Shown here piece after piece: positions 1 to 9,999 of a DNA stretch of 64,000 nucleotides. Source of the DNA: Caecitellus pseudoparvulus (taxonomy: Eukaryota > Protista > Bigyra: Bicosoecida). Both the position numbers and the translations under genes were made by a program. The number at the start of each line of letters is the position of its first letter. Positions within the stretch are counted from its first letter, which is position 1. A model generated the notes under the pieces. It ran no database searches. It saw only the letters and a list, made by a program, of their open reading frames with translations, and was not told the DNA's origin. Location of the stretch: assembly GCA_965644315.1 (NCBI GenBank), contig CBFFRQ010000032.1, positions 372,001 through 436,000 of the forward strand, in the 5' to 3' direction.

Positions 1-1
1 G

Positions 2-3000
2 CGGGCGTTGGGCCGCTTGCCGCGCTCGCTGGGCGACTTTGACTTTGAAGGCGACACGATTCGACTGGTGCCGACAACGGGCGTGTTCATCACTATGAAC
101 CCCGGCTACGCAGGCCGCACTGAGCTGCCTGAGAACTTGAAGGCACTCTTCCGCTCCTGTGCCATGATTGTACCCGATATGGCCCTCATCTGCGAGAACA
201 TGATGTTCGCCTATGGCTTCTCAGCTGCCCGCTCCCTGTCTGTCAAGTTCGTGACCCTGTACTCCCTTTCCAAGGAGCTCCTCTCGCCGCAGGCTCACTA
301 CGATTGGGGCTTGCGGGCTGCAAAAGCGGTACTCATGGTGGCTGGGCGCCTGAAGCAGGGACAGGTCACGCCTGCGGATGAGGGTGGCCCTGTTGGCGGC
401 CTGCTGCCCATCGCTTCCCCCCTGGCCAAGCTCGGGCGCAAGCAAGAAGGGCGAGCTGCCGAGGAGGCCCTGCTGCTTCGGGCGCTGCGGGACTTTAACA
501 TGCCGAAAATCGTCCCTGCAGACGCCCCCATATTCTTGCGACTGGTGTCCGATGTCTTCCCAGGCGTGGACGTACCGACGGAGGTGGACGATGACCTGCG
601 CTCGACGGCAGCTGCCGTGTGCAAAGCGCAGGGTCTGCAGCCCGAAGAAAGCTTCCTGGCCAAAGTGGAGCAGCTGCAGCAACTCATGGAAGTGCGGCAC
701 TCAGTCATGCTGCTGGGCGGAGCCGGCACTGGCAAGTCCACTGTGTGGGCCACCCTTGCCGCGGCCCTCAACGTCGCTGCAGGGCATGAGGCAGTGGCGG
801 CGGCGCGACAGGCAGCTGCAGAAGCTACTGTGGAGGCAGCGGCAGACGGGGTGCCAGGCGAGGCAGACCCTGATGCATGGCATGAACACCTCTCGCAGGA
901 TGTGCGTGTAGAAGGCGGCTTGCCCACTCGACGAGTCGTCGGGTTCGAGGTGGTCAACCCAAAGGCCGTCACTCCCCAGGAGCTGTATGGACAGACGTCG
1001 TTGACAAAAGAGTGGCAGGACGGCGTCCTGTCCGTCATCTTTCGGAACATGGCTGAGGAGGAGACGCCGTACGGGCCTAACCTGCAGCACCGGTGGATCG
1101 TGCTGGACGGTGACATTGATGCCATGTGGATCGAGAGCATGAACACCGTCATGGACGACAACAAGACCCTTACCCTCGTCTCCAACGAGCGCATCCCGCT
1201 CACCGACTCCATGCGCTTGGTGTTCGAGATGGATTCCCTCCGCAACGCGACACCCGCCACCGTGTCAAGGGCAGGCATCATTCACCTGCATGAAGGCACT
1301 GTCGGGTGGAGGGCCATGGTGGAGTCGTGGGTGGCCGACCGCCCCCTCACGCACGAAGAACGCTCCGTGCTGCTCAGCTTGTTCGAAGAGTACGTGGAGC
1401 GTATTTTGGGCATCCTGGACATTGGCAGCCTCAAACACGTGGCTCCACAAACCCCATTGTCCATGGTGGCATGTCACTGCTCTATCTTAGGCGGGCTGCT
1501 GGATGATCCAGCTTGTGCCACTGGCTCCGTTCGCATGCGCCTTGGGCGAGGCGACAGCTTCGGACCTGGCACCGTGGGTTTGGCGTCACTGCCACCGTCG
1601 GGCGGCCTCGCTAGCCCCTCGCCAGGCACCGAAGATGCAATCACAACAGTGCTGACGCACACCCGGGAGATGCTGGAAGCCCTGTTCTTCTTCTCTGCAG
1701 TCTGGGCTTTCGGAGGCGCTGTCGGGAACGAGCTGGCTGCATCGGTGGAAGGCGGGGGTGCTAGTGGTGTCCGACGAGGTGCTGGTGCCAACAACGGCCG
1801 CGCCCGCTTCAGCAAAATGTTCAAGAGCCTCACCAAGGCGTCCAGCGTGCAGTTCCCGCAGGAGGAGCGGGAGGGCACGTCTGTCTTTGACTTCTGGTTC
1901 ACGGCCACGCACCCTGGTGCAGGCGGCTCTGAGGCAGGTTCGGGCCGCGGTGACCGGCCAGCTCTTTTGGAGGGTGGCGGTTCCACCTTCACGGCAGGGG
2001 AAGGCGTTTCCATGCACACATGGAGCAGCTTGCTCCCGAAGCCTCTCCCATCTATTGCCATGTCCCTAGACGGCGTCATCGGCCTTCGCGGGGAGGAGGC
2101 CGACGCAGCCGGCATGGTGGCGACTCTGTACGGCGGTGTGGACAGCGTCGCCAGTCGTCTGGCTGAAGATGGACTGCAGGCCATCACTGTGCCCACCACC
2201 AGTGGCATGCGAGTGTCGGCCCTTATGCACATGCTCCGCTGCCGAGGCGTCCCGGTCATGTTGGTGGGGACGCAGGGCACCGGCAAGTCCACACTCGTGC
2301 ACGAGTACCTGCAGCGAGCCAGCCAGGGCAAGGCAAAGGGGGGCGCCAAGGCTCGTGGCGTTGGGGGTCCAGGGGGTAGGGGTGACGCTTCTGGCCGAGG
2401 ACGCACTGAGGGCCTGCCATCCAGCTGGGTGCTGGGGGGCGGCGTGCCAGCCGCCCGCAGCACGGCCCACTCCCGTGCAGGCGTCAGCAGCAGTGGCCAG
2501 CCCATCCTGCACAAGCCTGAGCGAGGAGGCGCAGTTGGCGGCCCGGGCACAGCCCCAGCTGTCACGTGGAGACCGGTCCCACTGTCCTATTACACAGACG
2601 CGGCCATACTGCAGAGCCAGCTGGAGGAACACTTGGACCGGCGCTCCGGAAAAGTATACGGCCCCAGCAGTGCCGTGACGAGCGGCAGCCAGGGGAAGAC
2701 ACTGGTGTACTTCGTCGACGACGTGAACATGCCTGCTGCGGAGGAGTATGGCACACAGACACCCATCGAGCTCTTACGCAGTTTGCTGGACCACGGTGGC
2801 TGGTACGACCGCACGAACCGTTCCTTGCGCCGCACCATCGTGGATACGGCGGTGTTTGCTGCCATGAACCCAACTGCCGGGTCTTTCAGCATTTCCAGTC
2901 GACTGCAACGGCACTTTGCAACCTTCGCTGTGCCCATGCCAGGCGACAGCGACCTGCGGTCTGTCTTCGCGGGAGTGCTTGCCTCCCGTCTCGTGGCAGG

Positions 3001-6000
3001 CAAGTTTGCGGGAAGTGTGCTGGCCATCGCTGGCGCCTTGGTGGCTGCCACGCTGGAGCTTCGTGCCACAGCGGCCTTGCGCTTCCTGCCCTCTTCTGTG
3101 AACTTCCACTACCAGTGGAACCTGCGGGAGGTGGAGGGGGTCGTGCAGGGCCTGTGCCGAGCCCAGCCATTGGCGGTGCGAAAGCCCCTCACGGTAGACA
3201 TCCTCGGGGTGCCCCCACCTCCAGGGTCAAGCCGCGGCACCGCCTTCGACACGCCTCAGAAGATGGTCGCCTTGTGGGTGCACGAGTGTCGGCGCGTGTT
3301 TCGGGACCGCCTCACCAGCGCCAAGGATGAAGAGAAGTTCAACAACATCCTGCTGGAGGTCCTGCGACGGCACTTTGACGTGGAGGCGTCTGAGGTGTGC
3401 TCCATGCCGTCCTCGAGGGCCGCTGCCCTGCGCGGGCCAGGTGAGGCCTCGACCAGCTCAGAGGACGGGGACGCCGAGACTGATGAGGCGCTCTTTGCGT
3501 GCTTCACCTCCCAGGGTGCGCACGACGACCCCACCTACCTCCCCGTCTCTGACATGCAAACGTACACGCAGCTGCTGCAGCACATTCAGCGTGAGCACAA
3601 CGCAGCCTTGGCCTCTGCCCCTTCCTCCGCTTCGGGAGCCTCTGCGCTTTCCCTGGTTCTGTTCCGGGACGCAGCGTACCACGTCGTGCGCCTGGCACGG
3701 GTACTGTCCAGCCCGGCAGGGCACGTGCTGCTGGTGGGTGTTGGTGGCAGTGGCAAGCAGAGCCTCACTCGCCTGGCAGCCTTTGCGGTGAACCAGGGTG
3801 TTGTGCCGCTTGCAGCCGCGGCAGCTGCAGCTGGCGGTGGTGACGGGGGCGCCTTTGGTCTGCAGGAGGTGCACGAGGTGCTGAAAGACACCATTCGCAA
3901 GGTGGCGGTGAAACCGGGGGAACCCCACACCCTCCTCGTCACGGATGGGGCGCTGTTGGAGGAGCGCTTCCTCACGTGCCTCAACGACCTCATGGTCACG
4001 GGGGACGTGCCCAACTTGCACTCCACTGAGGAGCTGGACGCTCTGTACACTGGATTGCGCGCAGACGCCAAGCTCGCAGGCGTTGGCGCTGATGACCGCA
4101 ACGGCATGCAACGCGTGCTCCTGCAGAAGGTGCGACGCGGCTTGCACGTGGTGCTGGCCATGTCCCCTGTGGGGGACGCGCTGCGCACGCGTGCCCGCCG
4201 CTTCCCTGCCGTGGCCGGTGCCACCACAGTGAACTGGCTGAATCCGTGGCCTGTCGAGGCGCTCGTCTCCGTTAGCACACAGATGCTGGCAGCGGGCACG
4301 GTGAACCTGGGCTCAGAGGGGGCGGGGGGCATTACCCTGGACCTGGCAGGCCTGCCCTCGTTCCTGACACCCCGAGCGCAGGGCATGCTGACGCCGTCCA
4401 TTGCCGCAGCACCTGCTGCAGACTCCCCAGCAGGGCAGGCTGGCGCTCTACCTCAGCACCTCAGCGACCCCTCCTGGATTCGCACTTCGCTCGTGCCGGT
4501 GCTGGCCAAGCACATGGCTGAGGTGCACGCCCTTGCCACCGCCGAGAACGCCCGGTATGCCCGGGTGCATCGTCGCTACAACTACGCCACGCCAAAGAGC
4601 TTCCTGGAGTTTATTGCGGCGTTCCAGCGCATTGTGGAGCGCAAACGGGGCGAGCTGGGCCGCGACACGGGGCGGCTGGTGCACGGCCTGGATGTCTTGG
4701 CCCGCACGCAGCGGGATGTGGACGACATGCAGGAGCAACTGCGGGTGAAGATGGTGACGGTGCAGCAGCGGCGAGAGGTGGCTGACAAGCTGCTGACAGA
4801 GGTCACCGCCGAGTCTGAGCTGGCCGCCAGCCAGGCCGCCCTGGCGGAGGAGGAGCAAGCCAAGGCGGATGGTGCCGCTGCTGCCGCCGCTGAGGCAGAG
4901 GCAAGCGCCACGGAGGAGCTGAAGCGGGCTGAGCCAGCACTGGCCGCCGCCAAGCACGCCGTGAACTGTCTGTCCAAGAGCTCCATGGCGGAGCTCAAGA
5001 GCATGCAACGGCCGCCCGACATTGTCGCCCTGGTCATGCGGGCTGTGCTGACGCTGCTGGGGGAGACAAAGTCCTTCACATGGGAGCTGGCTGTGCGGGC
5101 CATGGGCAACGTGCCTCAGTTCAAGAAGCGGCTTGAGGGCACTGACGGCCGGCGCATCCCGGAAGTCGTGATTAACCGCGTCGGTCCCATCCTGGCCCAC
5201 AGGGAGTTCGACCCGCCCGCCATCATCCGGCGGTCCAATGCCGCCGGGAACCTCGCGACATGGGTGGATAACCTGGTCACGTACAACCGCATCTTCAAGG
5301 AGGTGGAGCCCCTCATGCATGCCAAGGCGGCTGCGGAGGCTGAGAAGAAGCGCGCAGATGCCGCTCTTGCCGGGGCCATGCGGGACCTTGCCCGTGCGGA
5401 GGCCCGCGTGGCGGAGCTGAACGACCGCCTCAAGGCGGCCACAGCGGACAAGGAGGCAGCCGAGGCGGAGGCCCAGACAGTGCAAGATCGTCTGGGGCTT
5501 GCCCAGCGCCTGGTGCACGGCTTGTCGGGAGAGAAGGTGCGGTGGACTGCCGAGGTGGCGTCAGCTGCAGACACAGACGCGAGGCTGGTGGGGCAGTGCG
5601 TCCTCGCGGCTGCCTTCGTCTCATACTGTGGCGGTTTTGACACAGAGACGCGGCAGGCACTGCATGGGCAGTGGGTTGCAGACCTGGCAGGACGCGAGGT
5701 CATCCCCCTGCCCCCCAAGCCAGACTTTGTCGGCACACTGTCCACCGATGCCGGCCGGGCCGCGTGGGCTAACCAGGGGCTGCCCGCTGACCGCACCAGC
5801 GTTGAGAATGCCGCCATCGTGACCGAGGCGTTGCGGGGACGGTGGCCCCTGCTCGTGGATCCGCAGTTGCAAGGCTTGCGGTGGCTCAAGGGTCTTGAAG
5901 CTGCTGGCTTAGCGGCGCCCACCGATATTGAGGCAGCTGCCAAGGCAGCAGCCGCCAGCGCGGAGCTGTCCAGTGGAGCGGCAGCAGCTGCAGCCATGCG

Positions 6001-9000
6001 AGCTCGGGCCGGAGGTAGCCCCAGCACCGCCTCAGCGCGACAGCCAGCTCCTCGGCGGTGTGTGCTGCTGTCTCTGTCTCCTTCCACTGCTCAGGCGGTG
6101 GGGGACGGAGCTGGTGGTGATATGTTCCTGACGGGGCGAGGCCGCAGCACCGGCGGTGCCGGCGGCATGCTGGCCCAGCTGCAGACTGCAGTAAAGGAGG
6201 GGTGGAGCGTCGTCCTGTGCGACGTGCCGACGACACTGCCGCCCATGCTGCGGCCGCTGGTGGAGCGCTCTGTTTTTGTGCGCCGAGGCAGCGCTGGCGG
6301 CGCTGAGAACACCCTCATTCGCTTGGGCGGGGCTGTCATCAAGTTCCACCCCCAGTTCAAACTGTACTTGCAGACCCGCGCAGCAGCACCCCATTTCGCC
6401 CCTGAAGTGCAGGCGCAGTGCACCCTGGTGAACTTCACTGTGACGCAGGGGGGCCTGGAGTCGCAGCTGCTGGGGGACGTCGTGCGCCGAGAACGGCCTG
6501 AGATCGAAGCCAAGGCCCGCCGCCTCGCAGCAGACTTCGCTTCCTACCGCATCCAGCTCAGCGACTTGGAGGAAGACGTGCTGTCGCGTCTGTCCTCGGC
6601 AGAGCCGGAGAGTGTGCTGGGGGACGTGGAGCTCATCGAGGGCCTGGAGCGCACGAAGGTGACAGTGGCGGAGATCGAGGCAGCTGTGCAGGCTGGGGAG
6701 GAGACGCAGCGCGAGCTGGATGCTGCACGCGAAGTGTTCCGGGACATCGCTGCTGAAGGCACCCGCTTGTACTTCGCGTGTGTCGCCTTGGGCTCCGTGT
6801 CAGCCATGTATCAGTTCTCCCTCGCCGCCTTCAAGCGCTTCTTCATGAAGGCGGTGGACCGCATCCCCCTGGGGCTGTCTGGGCGAGCAGCAGTGTATGG
6901 CATGCTCACCGGCGCCCTCGGCATGGATGCCGACTTGGCTGGCGCACCTGCGCCCCACGCCTTGGAGGCGGCTGCGGAGAGCTCAGGGGAGGCGGCCGGC
7001 GGCCGGGGCAAGTCCAGTGCGCCCAGCGCGGAGGTGGAAGCAGGCCTCCCGCGCACGCGCTCCGTCGCACTGCAGCTGTCAGTGCGGCAGACCCTCTTTT
7101 CTTTCATCCGTCGAGGGCTGCTGTCTCACCACCGCCTTGTGTTCTTGACACAGCTCCTATTGCAACTCCTCGCGGCTGGGGCGGTGCCTGGTGACATGGG
7201 GTACACCCCCGAGGCTGCCTCCTTCCTGCTCCGCGGAAGAGTGGGGGGCAGCAGCCCCTCCATGTCTGCTGCCGTGGAGCCCGCCACGTACGTGCCCCCC
7301 GAAGTGGAGGCATGGATGCAGCCGCGAGCGTGGGGCGCCGTGTCCACCCTCAGCGAGGCTGTCCCGGCTTTTGCCGTGCTGCCCGCGGACATCATTGCCA
7401 ACAGCCCCCGTTTCCGGGACTGGGCGGCACATAGCGCTCCCGAGGGCGAGCGGCTGCCCATGGAGTGGAAAGACCTGGACCACAAGGCGCCCTTCCTGAA
7501 GCTGTGCCTCGTGCGAGCTCTGCGTCCAGACCGCCTGCCTGCTGCCATCACAGCCTTTGTGCGCAAGCAGCTGCCGCTGGGACGCCAGCTGGCAGATGCC
7601 GACGCGGGTCTTTCGTCTGCTGCCATCCTGCAGAGGGCGTTCCAGGACGCCAGCCCCACTGCCCCCGTGTACTTCATCCTGTCTGCGGGTGCAGACGTGG
7701 ACACGGACGTAACCAAGCTGGCCGACGCCAGCAGCGCGGCAGGCGAGGACACACCGGACGTGCTGACCGTGTCGCTAGGACAGGGACAGGAAGGCCACGC
7801 GGAGGCGGCTTTGACAGACGCGGTGCTGTCTGGCAAGTGGGTGTTGTTGAACAATGTGCACTTGATGCCGCAGTGGCTGCGGCGCCTGGGCGTGTTCATG
7901 GAGAACGTGGACGAGCTGGAAGGAGTGGGCGACGGTGACAGCAGTAACGACGAGGGGGAGGTCGGCGCAGATGAGGAGGAGGGGGGCGCAACCAGCCTGG
8001 GCATGGCCAAGCGCGTGCACCCAAACTTCCGCCTCCTGCTGTCCTCCGATCCATCCGAGTCCATCCCTCACAACTTGCTGTCGCGGTGCATCACGCTGAC
8101 CTCCGAGCCACCCTCAGGGCTGCAGGTGAACTTGCGCCGAGCGTTCACGTCTCTGCCCAAGGCAGCCTTCGACGCCATGGACATTCGCACGCGCAGTATC
8201 TTCTTCGGCTTGTCTTTCTTCCACGCCATCATGATCGAGCGGCGCAAGTTTGGACCCGTCGGGTTTAACCGCTCGTATCCCTTCGGGGAGCAGGACCTGG
8301 CGGCGTGCACGACGGTGCTGCAGCAGCAGATGGAAGCTGCATCCTCAGTGCCCTGGGCATCCCTGCGGTACATTTTTGGCGAAATCCTGTACGGCGGGCA
8401 CATCACTGACGCGTGGGACCGCCGATGCTCCAACGCGTACCTGGCGCACTTCATGCAGGACTCGCTGCTGGGAGACATGGAGCTGTTCCCCCATGTGCCG
8501 CCGGATGCTGGCCCCGCAGCAGCGCGGAACTCCCTGCGCATGCCTAGCAGCAGCACTTGGGAGGCCTTCGTGCAGCTGGTGGACGAATCAGAGGCCTTGG
8601 CTGTGGACACGCCACGGGCGTTCGGCATGCACCCCAACGCAGATGTGGCGTTCTTCACGGGCATAAGCGAAGACCTGCTGGCCAGCCTGCAGCGCATCAT
8701 GCCCGACAACGATGTCGAGGGTGGCGTGGGCGCAGCTCCTGGTGTGGGAGAGGGCCGTGCCAGCGCCGTGCAAGCCACTGTGCAGGAGCTGCTAACTGAG
8801 CTGGGGGAGCTCATGCTGCCTGTGGCTGACGTGCGGGCAAGCCTAATGGAGGATGTGGAGGCGGCGCCGGGCAGTCCGCGTGCCGGCGGGGGCGGCACTG
8901 GGACCTTCACCGTGTCACCCTTTGCTACAGTCTTCCTGCAAGAGTGCGACAGCTGCAATTACCTCCTCAGCACGATGTTGACCGGGCTGCATGAGCTGAT

Positions 9001-9658
9001 GGCAGGACTGCGGGGTGAGCTGACGATGGGGGATGCCCTTGAAGCCATGCAGACGGCCATCGCAACTGACAGAGTCCCAGCCGCCTGGGCAGCGGCGGCG
9101 TACCCGTCCAACCGCCCGCTGGCCGCGTGGCTCCTGGATGTGCAGGCTCGCCACAAGCAGCTGGCTGAGTGGTGCGACATGCCCGCTGGCATCCCGCCAG
9201 TGACGTGGCTGGCAGGGCTGTTCCACCCCCAGTCCTTCCTGACGGCTGTCCTACAGACGCAGGCCCAGCTGGACGGCGCGGCGCTGGACTCCCTGGCCAT
9301 CGCCACTGAGGTCACAGACATGCTCGACGCAGGGTCCGTCATGGCTCATCCGCCCGACGGCACGTACGTCTCCGGCCTCTTCTTGCAGAACGCCCGCTGG
9401 GGAGCTGCCGAAGGCAGTCTCTTGGAGCCTGCACCCCGAGCACTCTTTGCACCGCTGCCAGTGCTGCACATCACTGCCGTGGGCCGCGGCAAGGAGGTTG
9501 TGGGGGGTGGAGCGACTCGGGCCCCCCTCCCGGTGTACCGCACCGAGACGCGAGGGCCAACATACGTCTTCACTGCACACCTCCGCACACCTGAATATGT
9601 GCCGGAGAAGTGGGTGTTGGCCGGCGCTGCGTGCGTGATGGAGGTGGTGCAGGTGTAG
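2..9658 (+). CDS. Axonemal dynein heavy chain, outer-arm beta type (DNAH9/11/17, ODA4-like); 5'-truncated by the window edge
   Basis: The ORF has the AAA1 tail (FITMNPGYAGRTELPENLKALFR, HYDWGLRA) and P-loops GGAGTGKST, GTQGTGKST and GVGGSGKQS. It also has the beta-type WIVLDGDIDAMWIESMNTVMDDNKTLTL segment, a stalk coiled coil, and the C-terminal PVYRT..RGPTYVF..KWVLAG. No introns are needed over 9.6 kb. Confidence 0.95.
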   Translation, partial: RALGRLPRSLGDFDFEGDTIRLVPTTGVFITMNPGYAGRTELPENLKALFRSCAMIVPDMALICENMMFAYGFSAARSLSVKFVTLYSLSKELLSPQAHYDWGLRAAKAVLMVAGRLKQGQVTPADEGGPVGGLLPIASPLAKLGRKQEGRAAEEALLLRALRDFNMPKIVPADAPIFLRLVSDVFPGVDVPTEVDDDLRSTAAAVCKAQGLQPEESFLAKVEQLQQLMEVRHSVMLLGGAGTGKSTVWATLAAALNVAAGHEAVAAARQAAAEATVEAAADGVPGEADPDAWHEHLSQDVRVEGGLPTRRVVGFEVVNPKAVTPQELYGQTSLTKEWQDGVLSVIFRNMAEEETPYGPNLQHRWIVLDGDIDAMWIESMNTVMDDNKTLTLVSNERIPLTDSMRLVFEMDSLRNATPATVSRAGIIHLHEGTVGWRAMVESWVADRPLTHEERSVLLSLFEEYVERILGILDIGSLKHVAPQTPLSMVACHCSILGGLLDDPACATGSVRMRLGRGDSFGPGTVGLASLPPSGGLASPSPGTEDAITTVLTHTREMLEALFFFSAVWAFGGAVGNELAASVEGGGASGVRRGAGANNGRARFSKMFKSLTKASSVQFPQEEREGTSVFDFWFTATHPGAGGSEAGSGRGDRPALLEGGGSTFTAGEGVSMHTWSSLLPKPLPSIAMSLDGVIGLRGEEADAAGMVATLYGGVDSVASRLAEDGLQAITVPTTSGMRVSALMHMLRCRGVPVMLVGTQGTGKSTLVHEYLQRASQGKAKGGAKARGVGGPGGRGDASGRGRTEGLPSSWVLGGGVPAARSTAHSRAGVSSSGQPILHKPERGGAVGGPGTAPAVTWRPVPLSYYTDAAILQSQLEEHLDRRSGKVYGPSSAVTSGSQGKTLVYFVDDVNMPAAEEYGTQTPIELLRSLLDHGGWYDRTNRSLRRTIVDTAVFAAMNPTAGSFSISSRLQRHFATFAVPMPGDSDLRSVFAGVLASRLVAGKFAGSVLAIAGALVAATLELRATAALRFLPSSVNFHYQWNLREVEGVVQGLCRAQPLAVRKPLTVDILGVPPPPGSSRGTAFDTPQKMVALWVHECRRVFRDRLTSAKDEEKFNNILLEVLRRHFDVEASEVCSMPSSRAAALRGPGEASTSSEDGDAETDEALFACFTSQGAHDDPTYLPVSDMQTYTQLLQHIQREHNAALASAPSSASGASALSLVLFRDAAYHVVRLARVLSSPAGHVLLVGVGGSGKQSLTRLAAFAVNQGVVPLAAAAAAAGGGDGGAFGLQEVHEVLKDTIRKVAVKPGEPHTLLVTDGALLEERFLTCLNDLMVTGDVPNLHSTEELDALYTGLRADAKLAGVGADDRNGMQRVLLQKVRRGLHVVLAMSPVGDALRTRARRFPAVAGATTVNWLNPWPVEALVSVSTQMLAAGTVNLGSEGAGGITLDLAGLPSFLTPRAQGMLTPSIAAAPAADSPAGQAGALPQHLSDPSWIRTSLVPVLAKHMAEVHALATAENARYARVHRRYNYATPKSFLEFIAAFQRIVERKRGELGRDTGRLVHGLDVLARTQRDVDDMQEQLRVKMVTVQQRREVADKLLTEVTAESELAASQAALAEEEQAKADGAAAAAAEAEASATEELKRAEPALAAAKHAVNCLSKSSMAELKSMQRPPDIVALVMRAVLTLLGETKSFTWELAVRAMGNVPQFKKRLEGTDGRRIPEVVINRVGPILAHREFDPPAIIRRSNAAGNLATWVDNLVTYNRIFKEVEPLMHAKAAAEAEKKRADAALAGAMRDLARAEARVAELNDRLKAATADKEAAEAEAQTVQDRLGLAQRLVHGLSGEKVRWTAEVASAADTDARLVGQCVLAAAFVSYCGGFDTETRQALHGQWVADLAGREVIPLPPKPDFVGTLSTDAGRAAWANQGLPADRTSVENAAIVTEALRGRWPLLVDPQLQGLRWLKGLEAAGLAAPTDIEAAAKAAAASAELSSGAAAAAAMRARAGGSPSTASARQPAPRRCVLLSLSPSTAQAVGDGAGGDMFLTGRGRSTGGAGGMLAQLQTAVKEGWSVVLCDVPTTLPPMLRPLVERSVFVRRGSAGGAENTLIRLGGAVIKFHPQFKLYLQTRAAAPHFAPEVQAQCTLVNFTVTQGGLESQLLGDVVRRERPEIEAKARRLAADFASYRIQLSDLEEDVLSRLSSAEPESVLGDVELIEGLERTKVTVAEIEAAVQAGEETQRELDAAREVFRDIAAEGTRLYFACVALGSVSAMYQFSLAAFKRFFMKAVDRIPLGLSGRAAVYGMLTGALGMDADLAGAPAPHALEAAAESSGEAAGGRGKSSAPSAEVEAGLPRTRSVALQLSVRQTLFSFIRRGLLSHHRLVFLTQLLLQLLAAGAVPGDMGYTPEAASFLLRGRVGGSSPSMSAAVEPATYVPPEVEAWMQPRAWGAVSTLSEAVPAFAVLPADIIANSPRFRDWAAHSAPEGERLPMEWKDLDHKAPFLKLCLVRALRPDRLPAAITAFVRKQLPLGRQLADADAGLSSAAILQRAFQDASPTAPVYFILSAGADVDTDVTKLADASSAAGEDTPDVLTVSLGQGQEGHAEAALTDAVLSGKWVLLNNVHLMPQWLRRLGVFMENVDELEGVGDGDSSNDEGEVGADEEEGGATSLGMAKRVHPNFRLLLSSDPSESIPHNLLSRCITLTSEPPSGLQVNLRRAFTSLPKAAFDAMDIRTRSIFFGLSFFHAIMIERRKFGPVGFNRSYPFGEQDLAACTTVLQQQMEAASSVPWASLRYIFGEILYGGHITDAWDRRCSNAYLAHFMQDSLLGDMELFPHVPPDAGPAAARNSLRMPSSSTWEAFVQLVDESEALAVDTPRAFGMHPNADVAFFTGISEDLLASLQRIMPDNDVEGGVGAAPGVGEGRASAVQATVQELLTELGELMLPVADVRASLMEDVEAAPGSPRAGGGGTGTFTVSPFATVFLQECDSCNYLLSTMLTGLHELMAGLRGELTMGDALEAMQTAIATDRVPAAWAAAAYPSNRPLAAWLLDVQARHKQLAEWCDMPAGIPPVTWLAGLFHPQSFLTAVLQTQAQLDGAALDSLAIATEVTDMLDAGSVMAHPPDGTYVSGLFLQNARWGAAEGSLLEPAPRALFAPLPVLHITAVGRGKEVVGGGATRAPLPVYRTETRGPTYVFTAHLRTPEYVPEKWVLAGAACVMEVVQV

Positions 9659-9999
9659 AGACTGGGCGACACAGGGACTCGTGCGCAGCCTGGCTCGTCA
9701 AGTGGGTTTGCTGCAAGCAGGCACACACTCTGCGGGGCCCCTGTTGCTGGGTGCAGCTTTGGCACGCCGCAATGCACGCTTCGACCAGCCTCACCTCGGC
9801 AAGCTCGGAGCTCCGTGGTGTCGAGCGCTGGGGGGAGGCAAACTGCCGTGCGAAGCAAACTTGAGCTGCGCACATCAGGCAGATGTGCGCTGGCTCGTGC
9901 AGACGTCGTGGCTGGAGCCGCCCTCAGAGCCCCCGCCCTGCCTGTGCCTGCGACAGACGGCGAGGCGGCGTCGCCGGGCCAGGCTCACCTCCTGGCACA

